A DNA stretch of 64,000 nt from positions 206,212,001 through 206,276,000 of the forward strand of contig NC_042997.1 in the NCBI RefSeq assembly GCF_006345805.1, in the 5' to 3' direction. Positions 12,775 to 25,546 of the stretch are shown here, in pieces. A model generated the notes under the pieces. It ran no database searches and was not told where the DNA came from. It saw only the letters and a program-made list of their open reading frames with translations. Position numbers and translations under genes: made by a program. Every line of letters starts with the position of its first letter. The stretch's first letter is position 1. The stretch comes from Octopus sinensis. Taxonomy: Eukaryota.

Positions 12775-13365
12775 TTATCCTCAGCTACCTGGACAACTGC
12801 TCCCAGCAATCGTCACCCAACAGTGTAAAATTAACAGCGGACCTTGAAGCAATCCAGAGAAGATTCACAAAGAAGATCGTCTCTTTGCAACAGCTCAGCT
12901 ACTGGGAAAGGTTGAAACAGCTAAGACTCTAATCCCTGGAGAGAAGACGGGAGAGGTATGCAGTAATATATGTCTGGAAGATCCTGGAAGGAATTGTGCC
13001 AAATTTTGGCATTGACAGCTACACCAATGCCAGAACGGGACGACGCTGCACAGTGCCAAAGATCCCAGCAATGCCATCACGCTTCAGGACCAGCTTCTGC
13101 AAAAGCCTGGGTTTCAAGGGCCCACAGCTTTTTATTATTCTCTGAAAGAACCTGAGGGACCAACACAAAGTGAATGTAGGCGTTTTCAAATGAAAACTGG
13201 ATCTCTTCCTGTTGAGAGTCCCAAAGAAACCTATCTCGTGGCAAGAGGTACAAATGAGGGCAGCAATATCAAACTCTCTTAGTCACCAAATGCCACATAT
13301 TAGAGGAAGCTCTCAATAATAACAGTGTAGCAAAATGGCAGGGCCACAGCTCTGAGCTGAAACTA
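12775..13365 (+). mobile_element. CR1-clade LINE 3' fragment
   Basis: LEAIQRRFTKKI...SYWERLKQLRL.SLERRRERY..IYVWKIL. Confidence 0.8.
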
Positions 13366-13412
13366 CAATATATATATATATACTGTTTGAAGTGGTGTAT
13401 AGATTTTATGTA

Positions 13413-13770
13413 TTAAGAACAAGGAAGTAGTCAGAATTTTGGTTATTACCCAGAAAAAAATGAAAGGAAAGTTGTCTTTCTCTTTTTCTTTCTTCCTTCT
13501 TATCTTTTCATTTCTTTATTTCTTTTGCTCTTTTTATCTGTCTAACCAAGCCTCCAAAAATTCACCACAAAAACTTATACACACATACATAGATTCAAAA
13601 TAAAAAGAACTTTCTCTTTGCAATTCAACTCCAGATTTTTTTAACAAACCCTCATATGTATAAAACCATGAATTTTCTGTAACTAAATGATTCTTGATAA
13701 ATATCTCAAAAAAATATGAAAGCCCTAAATAAATAATTATCCAGTATTCTGACTACTTCCTTTTTCTTAA
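13413..13770. mobile_element. TA-flanked MITE (Tc1/mariner-type)
   Basis: ~25-bp TIRs TTAAGAA(C/A)AAGGAAGTAGTCAGAAT, each flanked by TA. Confidence 0.7.
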
Positions 13771-14048
13771 TATATATCTGTGTATATAGTTAGATGGTAA
13801 CTTCAGTACGATGAGCACCACTATACACCACATGGTTTAGCAAGAGTTATCGCATTCAAATTTCCATTTATTTTGATATGGGGCAAAGTGTATAATATGT
13901 CAGATAATAAACTTTGTTCATCATATGTTATCCCCCTTTTGTCACCTATACAAGTTGCAAGCATGCTTTCGTAACTTCCTGTGTTAAGATCTTTAGGGAT
14001 CACATTATTCTATCACTTTGTATGTATGTATGATTATGTACATGTATA

Positions 14049-15471
14049 TCTCTATATATATAAAACTGAGAATGTGTGTCTGTCTGTCTGTCTGTCCGTC
14101 CGTCTGTGTGTTTCCCTAAAACTTGAGAACTACACAAACAATTTCATTCAAATTTTACACATGCCTTACTTGGGGCCTATGTAGTTTCATGGGCAAAAAA
14201 CATGTTCAACTTCTTGCCTAGAGCGAGCCCATAGCAATATCATATCTTCTCCACTATTTCAGTATTACGTGTTAAAAGCGAAAAAAAAAGATTTCTCTAT
14301 TTTATGTCAGATACTTTCACTTTAACAATAAAAAATAGTAACAATTGTATTATATGTAGTAAGTAATAATTAAAATCAAACTAAAGTATAATATAATCGT
14401 AACATAACAAAAGTAAAAATAGCAATTGGTATAAAATTGCATCAATGACTTGAACTTGAATAAGTGGTTTCACATGAATGTGAATAAATTGAAAATAAAA
14501 TTAGCGTGCAGAAATGGAATAGTCCAGATGGACTATTATACATAAAGGACTATAGCTTCAACTGCGTACTGCCTTTTCTTATTATTATTACTGTTTAACT
14601 ATTGTTATCACGTTTGTTGGTTCCTCGTAAGGGAAACGTTGTTGTGTTGCATTTGTTAAATAATTGTAAACTGTAACCCTCCCCCTTTGGGAGAAGGAGC
14701 TTTGGTTATTGTTTAAAAATTGAATTGTATCCCCATTTGGGGAAATTGACAATATTTTCACCGTTTACACAGAAGCATTTTCGTTAGAATGCCTTCGATA
14801 GAAGAAAGTCCAAAAAGGAATTTCGCTGCAGCCGTCAGCGGGCGCGAAATCATTAAAATTAAAATGGAAGAAATACAAACCTATTTCGGATTGATTACCG
14901 ACAAAGACGGTGAATCTAGGATAACACCACCAGACAAAATAAAAAATTAAATTAAAGAAAAGACTATTGTCTATAACGTATACAATGTAGAGAAAAAAAA
15001 GATTTGAACACCTGGAGGAAAGCACCATCGAAAAGTGTCTTGGTGCGACTATGAAAGATAGTCGCGGTAAATCGCCACAATAGAAGCAAGGTTCAAGTCA
15101 ACAGAGCATGCAAGGGAGTACTCGACTCGAACCTTGCAAAGTGGAAATATTTTATTTTCACCTTTATATCTGGGACGTCCTACATCCCAGATAAAAATTT
15201 AAAGTGTCCCCTCAGAAGTAGAGGTAGGCTGGATTGTAGCCACACTTCTATACAAGAGGGAGGAAAAGATACAATTGATCGAAATTGCAAGATCCAGTTT
15301 GTTATATATTTTGAGTATTGTTATCACTAGCGATATCAAGATATAACTTTATATTTTGTATTTTATGTGTAGATGTATATATATAGATGTACATGTAATA
15401 TGTACAGATATATATACACATATATACATGCACTAGTACTATAACCCAGCAACGACGGGTCATAATGCTAG
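14049..15471 (+). mobile_element. Non-autonomous Helitron carrying an internal coding-like fragment
   Basis: A|TCTCTATATATATAAAA start; ACCC..GGGT hairpin followed by CTAG|T end. Confidence 0.75.
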
Positions 15472-15599
15472 TATATTTTCACTTCATAATTTGACACTGA
15501 ATTGTAAGTATGTATTTTATTTATCCTTATGTCATATTGTTATTTTGATATTCTGGTTAATTACGATGTATTTAATGTTGTTTTCATAGGAGTGTTTAT

Positions 15600-17546
15600 G
15601 TATATGAGATTGTGTGCGAGTTTTTAGTTGTATAATTTATTTATCTGTATGAGTGGGGTGTGTAAATATTGTTGTATATATCGAGTTTAGTGAGTATGTA
15701 TATGCGTATATGTGAGGGAGTATATGTATCTGTTGTGTGTGTGTGTTTTGCGTGTGTGTGTGTTTTGTGTGTGAATGTGTATATGGGTTTGTTATTTAGG
15801 TTTTGGGATGTATGTGTTAATTTGTCTGTGTGGGAGGGAGTGGGTTTTGGTGTATATGGAGGTTTAAAGTTAGTATAGGTATGTGTATAAGTCGTGGGTC
15901 TGTGGTTTACGTGTGTGTATTTGTGTGTGAATGTTTAGGTTAGGGGGATTGCTATATAAGTTTGTTATAGGGTTTAGCAAAGGGAGGTTTTATCGTTATA
16001 TGTTTTTAAGAGTTTTGGTTTATCATGGTTTTTTTAGGGAATTCGTAGTAATTTGTCTATTTTCGATGTTGGTTGTTTTATTACATTGTTTCATTCATAA
16101 TTTTTGAGTGGTGTTCGTTTTGCCACGTGAATATTATTTTTAATTCCATTTATTCATTTCTCCATTCATTAATTTAGAGATGTTCGTTTCCAGAGCGGTT
16201 ATACTTTTTATACATATGTTAAGTTCCTTGGTAAAGTAATTTTGTTTGGTGTATATGTTGAGGCTTATATGTACTTGTGGGTGTGTGTGAGTGGGGTGGG
16301 TGTTTGTATTTGTTATGGGTGTGTGGTTTACGTGTGTTTTTGTGTGTGAATGTATAGGTTAAAGGAATTGCTATATAAGTATGTTATAGTGTTTAGTAAA
16401 GGGAGGTTTTATCATTTCTGTTTTGTGAGTTTTAGCTTATCATGGTAGTTTTATAAAAGAATCCATTCATAATTTTTGTGTTTATTTGTCTGTGTGGGGT
16501 TGAGTGGGTTTTTGGAGTATATGTTGAGGTTTATATGTATGTATTGGTATGTGTAAGTGGTGTGGGTATTTGTATATGTCGTGGGTGTGTGGTTACGTGT
16601 GTGTATTTGTGTGAATGTTTAGGTTAGGGGGATTGCTATATAGGTTTGTTATAGAGTTTAGTAAAGGGAGATTTTCATTATATTTTTTATGAGTTTTGGT
16701 TTATCATGGTAGGTTTGTTAAGGAATTCGTAGTAATTTGTGTCTATTTGCGATGTCTGTTGTTTTATTGCATTGTTTCATTCATAATTTTTAAGTAGTGT
16801 TCGTTTTACCAAGTGAATATAATTTTTAATTCCATTTATTCCATTTCTCCGTTCATAGTTTTGAGTGATGTCCGTTTTCTAGAGCGTGAATGTGGGTTGT
16901 ATGTGTGTGTGTGTGGGAGTATGAATAAGTATTGTGTTGAAGTATTTAGCTATTTTATTTATTTATAGTTGCCTAGACGTTTTTATGTGTATGTATAGGG
17001 ATATATATATAGGTGTGTGATTTAGTGTATGTAGTTAGATATGGTTATATATAATTAGGTATATGTGTATGGGTGTATATATAGTTTATTATTATATTTT
17101 ATTATTTTTTTTTTGTTTTGTTTTATTTTTATATCTTATATTTTATATTTTATATTTAATTGTTGATAGGTTTTTTTAGTTTATATATTGTTTATATATT
17201 GATTATATATGGATTATATATAGGTTATATATGGATTATATACTTATATTTTTTCATTCATACTTTAATTATTTTAAAATTATTATTTTTATATTTTAAA
17301 ATATTGATTTTTTAGATTGGAAGTCCACCTGAAGATTGTCGATCAAGACAAGAAACGATTGTAGTGGCGGTTTTTTTGACTATTTATTAAAATTTTATGT
17401 ATTGATTAAGTCTTTCCTTGTTTGTTTTGCAAAATAGTGGTTTTGTCTCTAATAATATTTTATAATATTTTACTATAAAATTGGATTTAATCCTAAATCT
17501 GATTTTTTCCCTGTAAATTTGGATTTATTCCCTAATATTTATTATA

Positions 17547-17560
<14 letters not shown>
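15600..17560. mobile_element. Penelope-like remnant: degenerate GT-rich tandem units plus hammerhead-bearing terminus
   Basis: Three or four diverged copies of a ~250-400 bp unit; hammerhead at 17325; 17400-17550 recurs inverted at 34320-34470. Confidence 0.5.
17325..17367 (+). ncRNA. Minimal type I hammerhead ribozyme, intact core
   Basis: CCAC-CUGAAGA-UUGUC(GAUCAA)GACAA-GAAA-C(GAUU)GUA-GUGG. All core nucleotides present; stems I and II pair perfectly. Confidence 0.8.
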
Positions 17561-17588
<28 letters not shown>

Positions 17589-17599
17589 CTCTTCTGTTT

Positions 17600-20500
17600 T
17601 TTAATTATTATAAATCTTCCATGATGAGGCAGCCAGTTTTGAACAAAGATACAAGACTACTACATCTTTGGGATGTGGTTAACACCGACAAATTCACATT
17701 TGGAACTTGAGAAAAGTCTTGCATGTTTTTACTGTTCCACTTGCAGATTGCACTTGTAATGTACAAATTAGATGGTTACTTTCTCTTTCTGAAAATCCCA
17801 ATTCGTCCTGATTCACCCTTAAGCATTTACTAACGAAACCTAGTGCTCCAATTATTATTGGTATGAATATGAATTCATAGTCTGGATATAGAAGCTGGAG
17901 GTTTCGAAGCAGTTGTCCATGGATATCTTCTTTTTCTTTGATTTTCAAAGAGATATTTATATCTGCAGGGCAGCTGACCTCTATGATGGTACATACCTTT
18001 GCCCCTCTGTCCCAAACAACAATATCCAGTCTGTTACGCTTACATTTGACTGAAGTTTTGATGGGAATATTCCACCAGTATTCCTTGGGTTGGTGCTTAT
18101 GAATGTATTCCATAGCATATGGGTTTTCAAAGTTTATTTCAGGACAGTCTTTTTTATGGATGGTGTTGTAAATTGTTTTAGTAACAACATCATTCTGCAT
18201 AGGGAAGTAGTGTAAGGACAGTGTGATGCGAGGTAACAAGAATGGCTCTTTAGTACATCACACAGCTCTTACAATAAATATATATTGGACTAGTACAATT
18301 ATTTGCCAGAGAGAAAAAGGAGACACAACCAAGTAGAATGATTAAGGGAAGATTTATTGATATATTAATATGTATGTCTGTGTGTGCATCATGTATACAG
18401 AATAATAGGCAGGCCATTATGAGAACAAAGTGTGTGTGTGTAAGCATAGATATATGTGTGTGTTAAGAACATATAAGGATGGCAATGAAGAAGAAGACAG
18501 GGAAAGAGTCTATAAAGAGAAATGAGGAGAATGTTCATAGACACAAGTAAGATAAATAATACCAGTTCATAGTTAGTACACGGTAGTTGAAATACTGCAT
18601 AAAGAAGTTGCAGCCATGATGCTGAGCTGGTGACAGGTACATGTCATACGTGAAGTTGTGGCTGTGATGCTGTTGCTACCTGAGTCACTTGGTACAGGAG
18701 TTCTTGCAGGTTATATCTTCACTGTTGATCCATGGTGAAGTAACTCACAAACAAAGAAGTTTTGGAACCTGGGTGAGTTGCTTGCTGAGTTGTGTATGTG
18801 GAGATGTTGACATTAGGATGATGGTGGCGACAGAGATCGAGGTTGCAGAATGCTGTTGGATGAAGTTGGTGAGCCTCAACATAGCTGCTGTGGTAGCATG
18901 TTGTCTGGTGTCATCGCTGGAACTGGCTGTCTATGTGGTCAGTGGCTTTACCTTAAAAGGTCAGGAACTAAAGACATGTATTGAGGGAAAAACTGAGTTT
19001 TTATATAATGTAGCAGGCTCAAAATAGGGTTTGGGAAAGGTTGTCCCATGTGATCTTAGTAATATGCAGCAGTTGGTGCAATCAGGTAAGAGACATAATT
19101 GTGCCAACACCAACTAATCAGAGTAGTGGACACAACAGGAACCAAATAGTGATCAAAGGCTACCTCTTATCTGCTATGTACATACATATAGTCTACAATA
19201 CAGTAGTACCATGAAGACATTTTAAGGCAGCTGCTAATCACATGCATGACGTCTTCCACTGAAACATGACATAGCCTACACATGCGGTTGCACTTTGGGA
19301 TGACAAGAGCATCACTGTCTCTCTTGTTCACCAGGTACTTTGGGGCAATCTCCTCTTCCTGGATTGCAAACACGTAGCCTTCAAAGCATGATGTGATGTA
19401 GTGGTCTTCACTCAAAGGCCGTCTGCACTGATTTCAGGCCTCCACCACCTTCATTTCTTCTTAGGTAGAGTCTGTCCACATCACTGTTTCTTTGGAAGTT
19501 CCCAGTTGGTGTCAGGGTTTTGCAGGTTTTAATATGTATGGAGTGGATTTCCTCTGCAGACCAATCAAGTATCCCAAATGTTGGGGGTCAGCACTGGTAT
19601 TGCAAATGCATTGTGGGATATTGTTTTGTTGCTAGAGGAGAGTTCTGACTACCATATTGTCCTAAGTCTGGTGTAACATTCTCAGGTCACACTATTTTTA
19701 TTCTCAGTGCTTTCATATATGTGCCCTAGGTATTTGTAACATTCTTTGTGTGGAATGGGGGAGATAGAGAGACTGTTGATGCACAGGTTTGGGGTTTGGG
19801 GGACTGACTTTCCTCGTTCTATGACCAAATACAAACATTTCTGTTGGCCAAATTCCATGCCTATATCCGCTGAAAATGTTACTAATTCCAGTTTGTATTT
19901 TGGCATTGTCAATGCTTTTAGCATAGATCTTGATGTTGTCTACAAAGAAATTATGAGTTTCATTGATACTTCTAGCAGTTGAAGATCCTAGCATGTAGCC
20001 ATTTGTTTTCTGCAGTAGGAACGATTATGGATTCAGTGGCAAAAGGAAAAGAAGTACAGAAAGACCATCTCCCTGGAATATTCCCTTTGAAATGCCTTTA
20101 CTATCAGAAACAATTATTGTGTTCTCTGTTGGAAGGGTGAGAACTGTTGTCCATGTCTTTGTGAGTCTCTCTACAGAGACTCACAATTAGAGTGGAAGGT
20201 ACCTTTGCCAGGTGTAGGCACTTCAACAGCCATGAATGAGGGATAGAGTCGAATGCCTTCTTATAGACAAGCCATACTGTCACAAGATTTCTGCGTTGTT
20301 TTCTTACTTCAGACAGGACGGCTTTGTTTATTAAAAGTAGTTTAGCACATCCCCACACTCCTTTCTTTCTATCAGCATTGTTCATCAGTCACAATGTTGT
20401 TCGACTCACAATGGACCTGGAGGAATTGATTCAGGTGACTTGTGCACAGTCTGAAGTAATATTTATAAAATTTCATCTTCTTACAAGTTAGAAAGACCCC

Positions 20501-20900
20501 TCTATGTGGACTTAACACCCACAATTTAGTCATTTTATCTAAGCAAAAAGCGAATACAGTTGCGCTCTTTGAAGCTGTAGGTTACCTGAGCATAAAAGAT
20601 GAGCATTATTTGTAATTCAATGGTACAACAGTGTAACAGTTTGCTTTACCATACACTTACATTGTGATTTCTGCAAAGTGCTGCATAAATTGTCAAGTAA
20701 ATGAGAGGCATCTTTGCCTCCACAGATTCAGTTGCAAGGTGTTGAGTAAAGTTATTTGATTGTAGATCTCCTTTCAGTCTTTTTATTATCACTGGGTCAC
20801 ACATAGTCCCCAGATGGTAACATTGATTTCAAGGCCTTCCCAGATGAGTGACTGGTTATTCAAAGACATTTATAGATTTTAAATTTATTCTGTCCAGTTA
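17600..20900 (-). mobile_element. R4/Dong-clade retrotransposon, degenerate, with an internal insertion at ~18240-19160
   Basis: WLVYKKAFDSIPHSW, YKYLG, CRLCHVSVEDVMHVISSC (CCHC), NRLDIVVWD..IIEVSCP (REL). Confidence 0.85.
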
Positions 20901-21535
20901 CGTATCAGTATAGTGTTCATTTGCAAACTCCAGAGGTGACACTTTCATTTCCCTTTAGCCCTCACGTCACACAGTTGTTAATGTTGATTTCAGTTGGGTC
21001 ACGCCCTTCCAATTACTATAGATTCGTAATGCATCTTACGGCTGTGCCTGTCTCCTGGATGGTGAGGAATCCTACATTAGGAGTGGTAACGACTAGGGTA
21101 GGGTAGCTGACTGCTTATTGTGATCATTTGTCTTTTGGTTTCCTGTAGCTTTGCTCTCTTTTACAAACCCAGTGAACATATATTTCCTATTTCAAAGAAA
21201 TTCAAACAATAGATATAAGATCCTAGTTAAAAAGATTCTCAATAATTCAACTTCTCTGGTTGACATTAAGACACTCACCCCCAATAGGGGCCTTAACTCC
21301 CACATTTTTGAGCTCCATGACCTCCATTTTTCAGGAGCAAAATCTTTTTGACAGGTTCAATAAGACTGGAATTTTTATGTGCATAAAAATCAGTAGTATG
21401 AGATACATGTATCATGATTACAATTTCTTTAGGATGTGTAAAGAGGGAAATAACACTCATCTGCAATTTTGATGAAATTCGAAACAAAGATATTCCAATT
21501 CATTACAGAAAATATAACAGAAAAGTGTAATTCAT

Positions 21536-21925
21536 GGAAATCGATCAATGGAAATTGCAGATGTGTTACCAGTGCCGGTGGCATGTAAGAGAACCTTCCG
21601 TTTCGCGACCGTTGCCAGCACCGCCCCGTTTCGTGTCCGTTGCCAGCCTCGCCTGGCCCTTGTGCCGGTGGCACATAAAAAGCACCATCCGTTCGTGGCC
21701 GTTTGCCAGCTCTGTCTGGCACCTGTGCGGGTGGCATGTAAAAAGCACCCACTACACTCACGGAGTGGTTGGCGTTAGGAAGGGCATCCAGCCGTAGAAA
21801 CACTGCCAGATTTGACTGGGCCTGATGAAGCCTTCTGGCTTCACAGACCCCAGTAGAACCGTCCAACCCATGCTAGCATGGAGAACGGACGCTAAACGAC
21901 GATGATGATGATGATGATGATGATG
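21536..21925 (+). mobile_element. 5'-truncated RTE family A 3'UTR
   Basis: Very similar to 27520-27900; (GAT)n tail. Confidence 0.85.
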
Positions 21926-22164
21926 GTCAACGCCGGGTATCTCTGCTAGTATATTATAAAAATATGTTAGTGTTATTTAATTTCTGAATGGTTTTACTGC
22001 TGTTTGTTTATGTAGTTTGATTTGTTTATCCATCAGTTTCTATTAAGATAGAGATGTGAGTAAAATTAATAATAGAGAAACGAAGATAAAACTTTGGAAA
22101 CAGCCTAAAGGGAGATAATTGAGAAAGACTTGAAAGTCAACATAAGATCATAACCATGTAAAGT

Positions 22165-22362
22165 AAAAATAACAAATAATCCAGAATCCTTGTCCGGTAC
22201 AGGATTGATCCCAAAATCTAATCAGTTCATGCCAGTCACAAGGCCAAACATCCGTGAAAGTTTTATCTGAATCCATCCAGTGGTTCTTTAGAGATCTTGT
22301 CCACAGATAGACAAATAAACAAACATGACTAGAAACTATGCCTCCACCCAAGGCGGAGGTAA
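22165..22362 (+). mobile_element. Helentron/HINE-like non-autonomous element
   Basis: Ends in the gcctccacccaaggcggaggtaa hairpin typical of DINE/HINE-type elements. Confidence 0.5.
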
Positions 22363-22629
22363 TAAAACAAACATCGCAATCTAAAGGGTGGCAAGCTGGC
22401 AGAATCATTAGCACGCTGGGCAAACTGCCTCGTGGTATTTCGTCTGCCATTACTTTCTGAGTTCGAATTCTACTGAGGTCGGCTTCACCTTTCATCCTTT
22501 TGGGGTCGTTTAAATAAGTACTAGTTACACACTGGAGTCAATGTAATCGACTTAATCCCTTTGTCTGCCCTTGTTTGTCCCCTCTGTGTGTAACCCCCCC
22601 CCCCCGGTGGGCAATAAAGAAATAAAATC

Positions 22630-25060
22630 TACTTCACAGAAAACATCCATCACTGTAGTTTTCTTCTCCCCACCTCTCCTCTCCACTTCCTCAGTAGCTC
22701 TCTTCTCCCTTCACTCTGTAGTTTGCTGCTCCCTTCTCCCCCACTCTCTGTAGCTCTCTTCTCCTTCCTCTCTAGCTTTATTGGAACACACTTTCGTTTG
22801 TTTTCTTCTCTCGGTAGCTTTCTTCTCCTCCCTCTCTAACTCACTTCTCCCCTCTCTCAGTAGCTTTCTTCTAACCCTCTTTCTGTTACTCTCATTTCCC
22901 CCACTTTCTATTGTTCTCCTCTCCCCACTCTCTGCATCTTTCTTCACCCCCTCTTTTTGTAGCTTCCTTCTGATCCTCTTTCTGCTATTATCTTCTCCTC
23001 ATCTCAATTTAACTCTTTCTCCCCTCTCTCTGTAGTATTCTTCTGACCCTCTTTTTGCAGCTCTCTTCTGCCTCTTTCTCTCTGTAGCATGCTTCTCCCT
23101 TCTCTCTCTAGTTCTCTTTTCCCCTGTCTCAGTAGCTCTCTTCTCCCCTTTACTGTAGCTTTCAGTTGCTCTCTTTTCCCCTCTCTCTCCCTCTGTAGCT
23201 CTCTTCTCCACTCTTTTGTTGCTCTCTTCTTGCATCTCTCTGTTTAGCTCTCTCCGTGGACATTCTTCTGATCCTCTCTCTGTATCTCTCTTCTCCCCTC
23301 TCTCTCTCTGTAGCTCTTTTCTCCTCTCTGTACCTTTCTTATGATCCTCTTTCTGTTTTAATATTCTCTCTGTCACTTTGTAGCTCTTTTCTCCCCTCTC
23401 TCTATAGGCCTCTTCACTTCTTTCTCTGTAGCTCTATTCTCCCCCCCACTCTCTGTAGTTCTCTCCTCCCCTCTTTCTGTTGCTCTCTTCTCCCCCACTC
23501 TCAGTTGCTCTTTTCTCCCCTCTCTGTAGCTCTTTCCCCTCCCTCTGTAACTCCCTTCTTCCCTCTCTCTGTTGCTTTCTCCTGACACTCCTATAGCTTT
23601 CTTCTGACCTTCTTTCTTCTTTCCCACTCATTGTAGCTCTATTCTCCCATCTCTCTGTAGCTCTCCTCTTCTCTCTCTCTGTAGCTCGCTTCTTGCCACT
23701 GTAGCTTTCTCCTAACACTTCATCAGTAGTTCTCTTCTTCTCTCTCCCTGTAGCTTTCTTCTGACCTTTCTGTTGTTATCTTCTCTCCCACTCTATGTAA
23801 CTCTCTTCTCTCTTTCTCTCTCTCGGTAACTAATTTTCCTCACTCTCTGTAGCTCTCTTATGACCCTCTTTCACTGTAGCGTTTTTTACCCTCTTTCCAC
23901 TGCTCTCTTCTAGCCTCTCACTGAAGCTTTCTTCTCCACTCTCTCTGTAGCTCTTTTCTTATACTTCTCTATAGCTCTCCCTTCTCTTTGTAGCTCTCTT
24001 CTTCCCTTGCTTTATAGCTTTCTTCTCCCTTTTCCCTGTAGCTCTTTCCCCCCTTACTCTGTAGCTTTCTTCTGACCCTTTTTCTGTTATCGTCCTACTC
24101 ACTCTCTGTAGCTCTGCTCTATTCTTCCCTATCTCTGTAGTTCTTTTCTCCTCTCTCTGTGTAGATCTCTTCTTGTCTCTCTCTGTAGCTCTCTTCTCTC
24201 CTCTCTTTGTAGTTTACTTCTGATCATCTTTCTGTAGCTCTCCTCACCCTCATGCTGTTGCTTTCTTTTCCCTCTCGCTGTAGCTCTCTTCTTGTCCCCT
24301 CTCTGTTGTTTCCTTCTCCCCACTCTCTGTAGCTCTATTCCTTTCTCTCTCTAGCTCGCTTCTCCTCTCTTCATGTAGCTCTTTTCTCCCCCCCTCTCTC
24401 TCTGTAGCTTTATTCTGACCCTCTCCTGGTTGTACTCTTCTCCCCCTCCCTCCATAGCTTTCTTCTCCCATTTCTCTCTAGCTCTCTTCTCATCTCTTTC
24501 TGTAGCTCTCTTCTGACCCATTTCTGTTGTTCTCTTCTACTCCTTTCTCTGTAGCTCTCTTCTCTTCTCTCTCTCTGTAGCTCTTTTCTCTCCTCTCTCT
24601 CTGTAGCTCTCTTCTCCCTTCTCTCTGTAGCTCTCTTCTCCCCTCTCTTTGTAGCTTTATTCTGAGCCGCTTTCTGTTGTTTTCATCTCCTCCTCTTTCT
24701 GTAGCGCTTTCCTTCTCTCCCTCAGTAGCTCTCTTCTTCCTTCTCTCTGTAGCTCTTTTCTCTCTCTATCTCTCTGTAGTTCTCTTCTTCCTTCTCTCAG
24801 TTGCTCTCTTCCCCTCTCTCTTTGTAGCTTCTTTCTAACCCTCTCTTCATCCCCACCCTCTTTTGCACACTTTTCCCTCTCACTGTAGCTCTCTTCTTGC
24901 CCACTCTCATTTGCTCTCTTCTCCCCCCCCCTCTCTGTCTATGTAGCTCTTTTCTATCTATCTCTTACGGAAGCATTCTTGTATCCCTCTATCTCTATAG
25001 TTCTCCTCTCTCCCTCTGTTTGTTGCTCTTTTCTCTCTCTCTCTTTGTACAATGTAAAGT
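22630..25060. repeat. 2.4-kb polypyrimidine minisatellite, unit ~CTCTGTAGCTCTCTTCTCCC
   Basis: Dozens of TGTAGCT-anchored units; the plus strand is overwhelmingly C/T. Confidence 0.95.
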
Positions 25061-25091
25061 GTGACTAGAGAAACCAACCAACCAACAGTTA

Positions 25092-25480
25092 TCTTTAGAT
25101 ATAAAAGTGAGGTTGTGTGTCTGTCTCCTACGATTTAGATTCCTAACTACTCCCACATTTTGCGGTGCAGTTTAACCAAAACCGGGTATCTTATAGTCGT
25201 GATTCATATCGAGCCCTTCTGGGTATTAGCGTGCGTCTATGATGAGTCTACGATTTAAAAAGAAATTTACCATCATTTTTTTCCATTTTAATGCATTTTT
25301 TCGCTATTATATAAGGGAAGTAACTCTCTAAAAATGTCTACGATGAGTCAACAATTTAAAAAAATATTTACAATCATTTTTTTTTTTCCATTTTAATGCA
25401 TTTTTTGGCTATAACTCTCTAAAAATGCTTATATAGTTATTTCCCTTACAAACCCGAGCAACGCCGGGCGATACTGCTAG
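25092..25480 (+). mobile_element. Non-autonomous Helitron
   Basis: A|TC start; CCCG-agcaacgc-CGGG hairpin; CTAG|T end. Confidence 0.8.
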
Positions 25481-25546
25481 TTACTGATAAAAAGACAACA
25501 AAAAACAAGCAAGAACGTCTTTATAGTAAAAAAAATATGCACGTAC

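Noticed and set aside
12565-12828. Y/I/C/V/H/T-rich ORFs (also ~27861-28198, 32429-32690, 37657-38001, 61746-62109)
   Set aside because: Microsatellite artefacts.
13821-14003. 60-aa minus-strand ORF as an extra PARP exon
   Set aside because: No recognisable domain or clean splice sites, and the phases already match between the flanking exons.
21822-21846. CTGATGA as a hammerhead core (also ~27808)
   Set aside because: No GAAA or stem III follows. It is a simple hairpin, and sibling copies read CTGGTGCAG.
22711-24471. E/R/K-rich and S/L/F-rich ORFs
   Set aside because: Translations of the CT/GA satellite.
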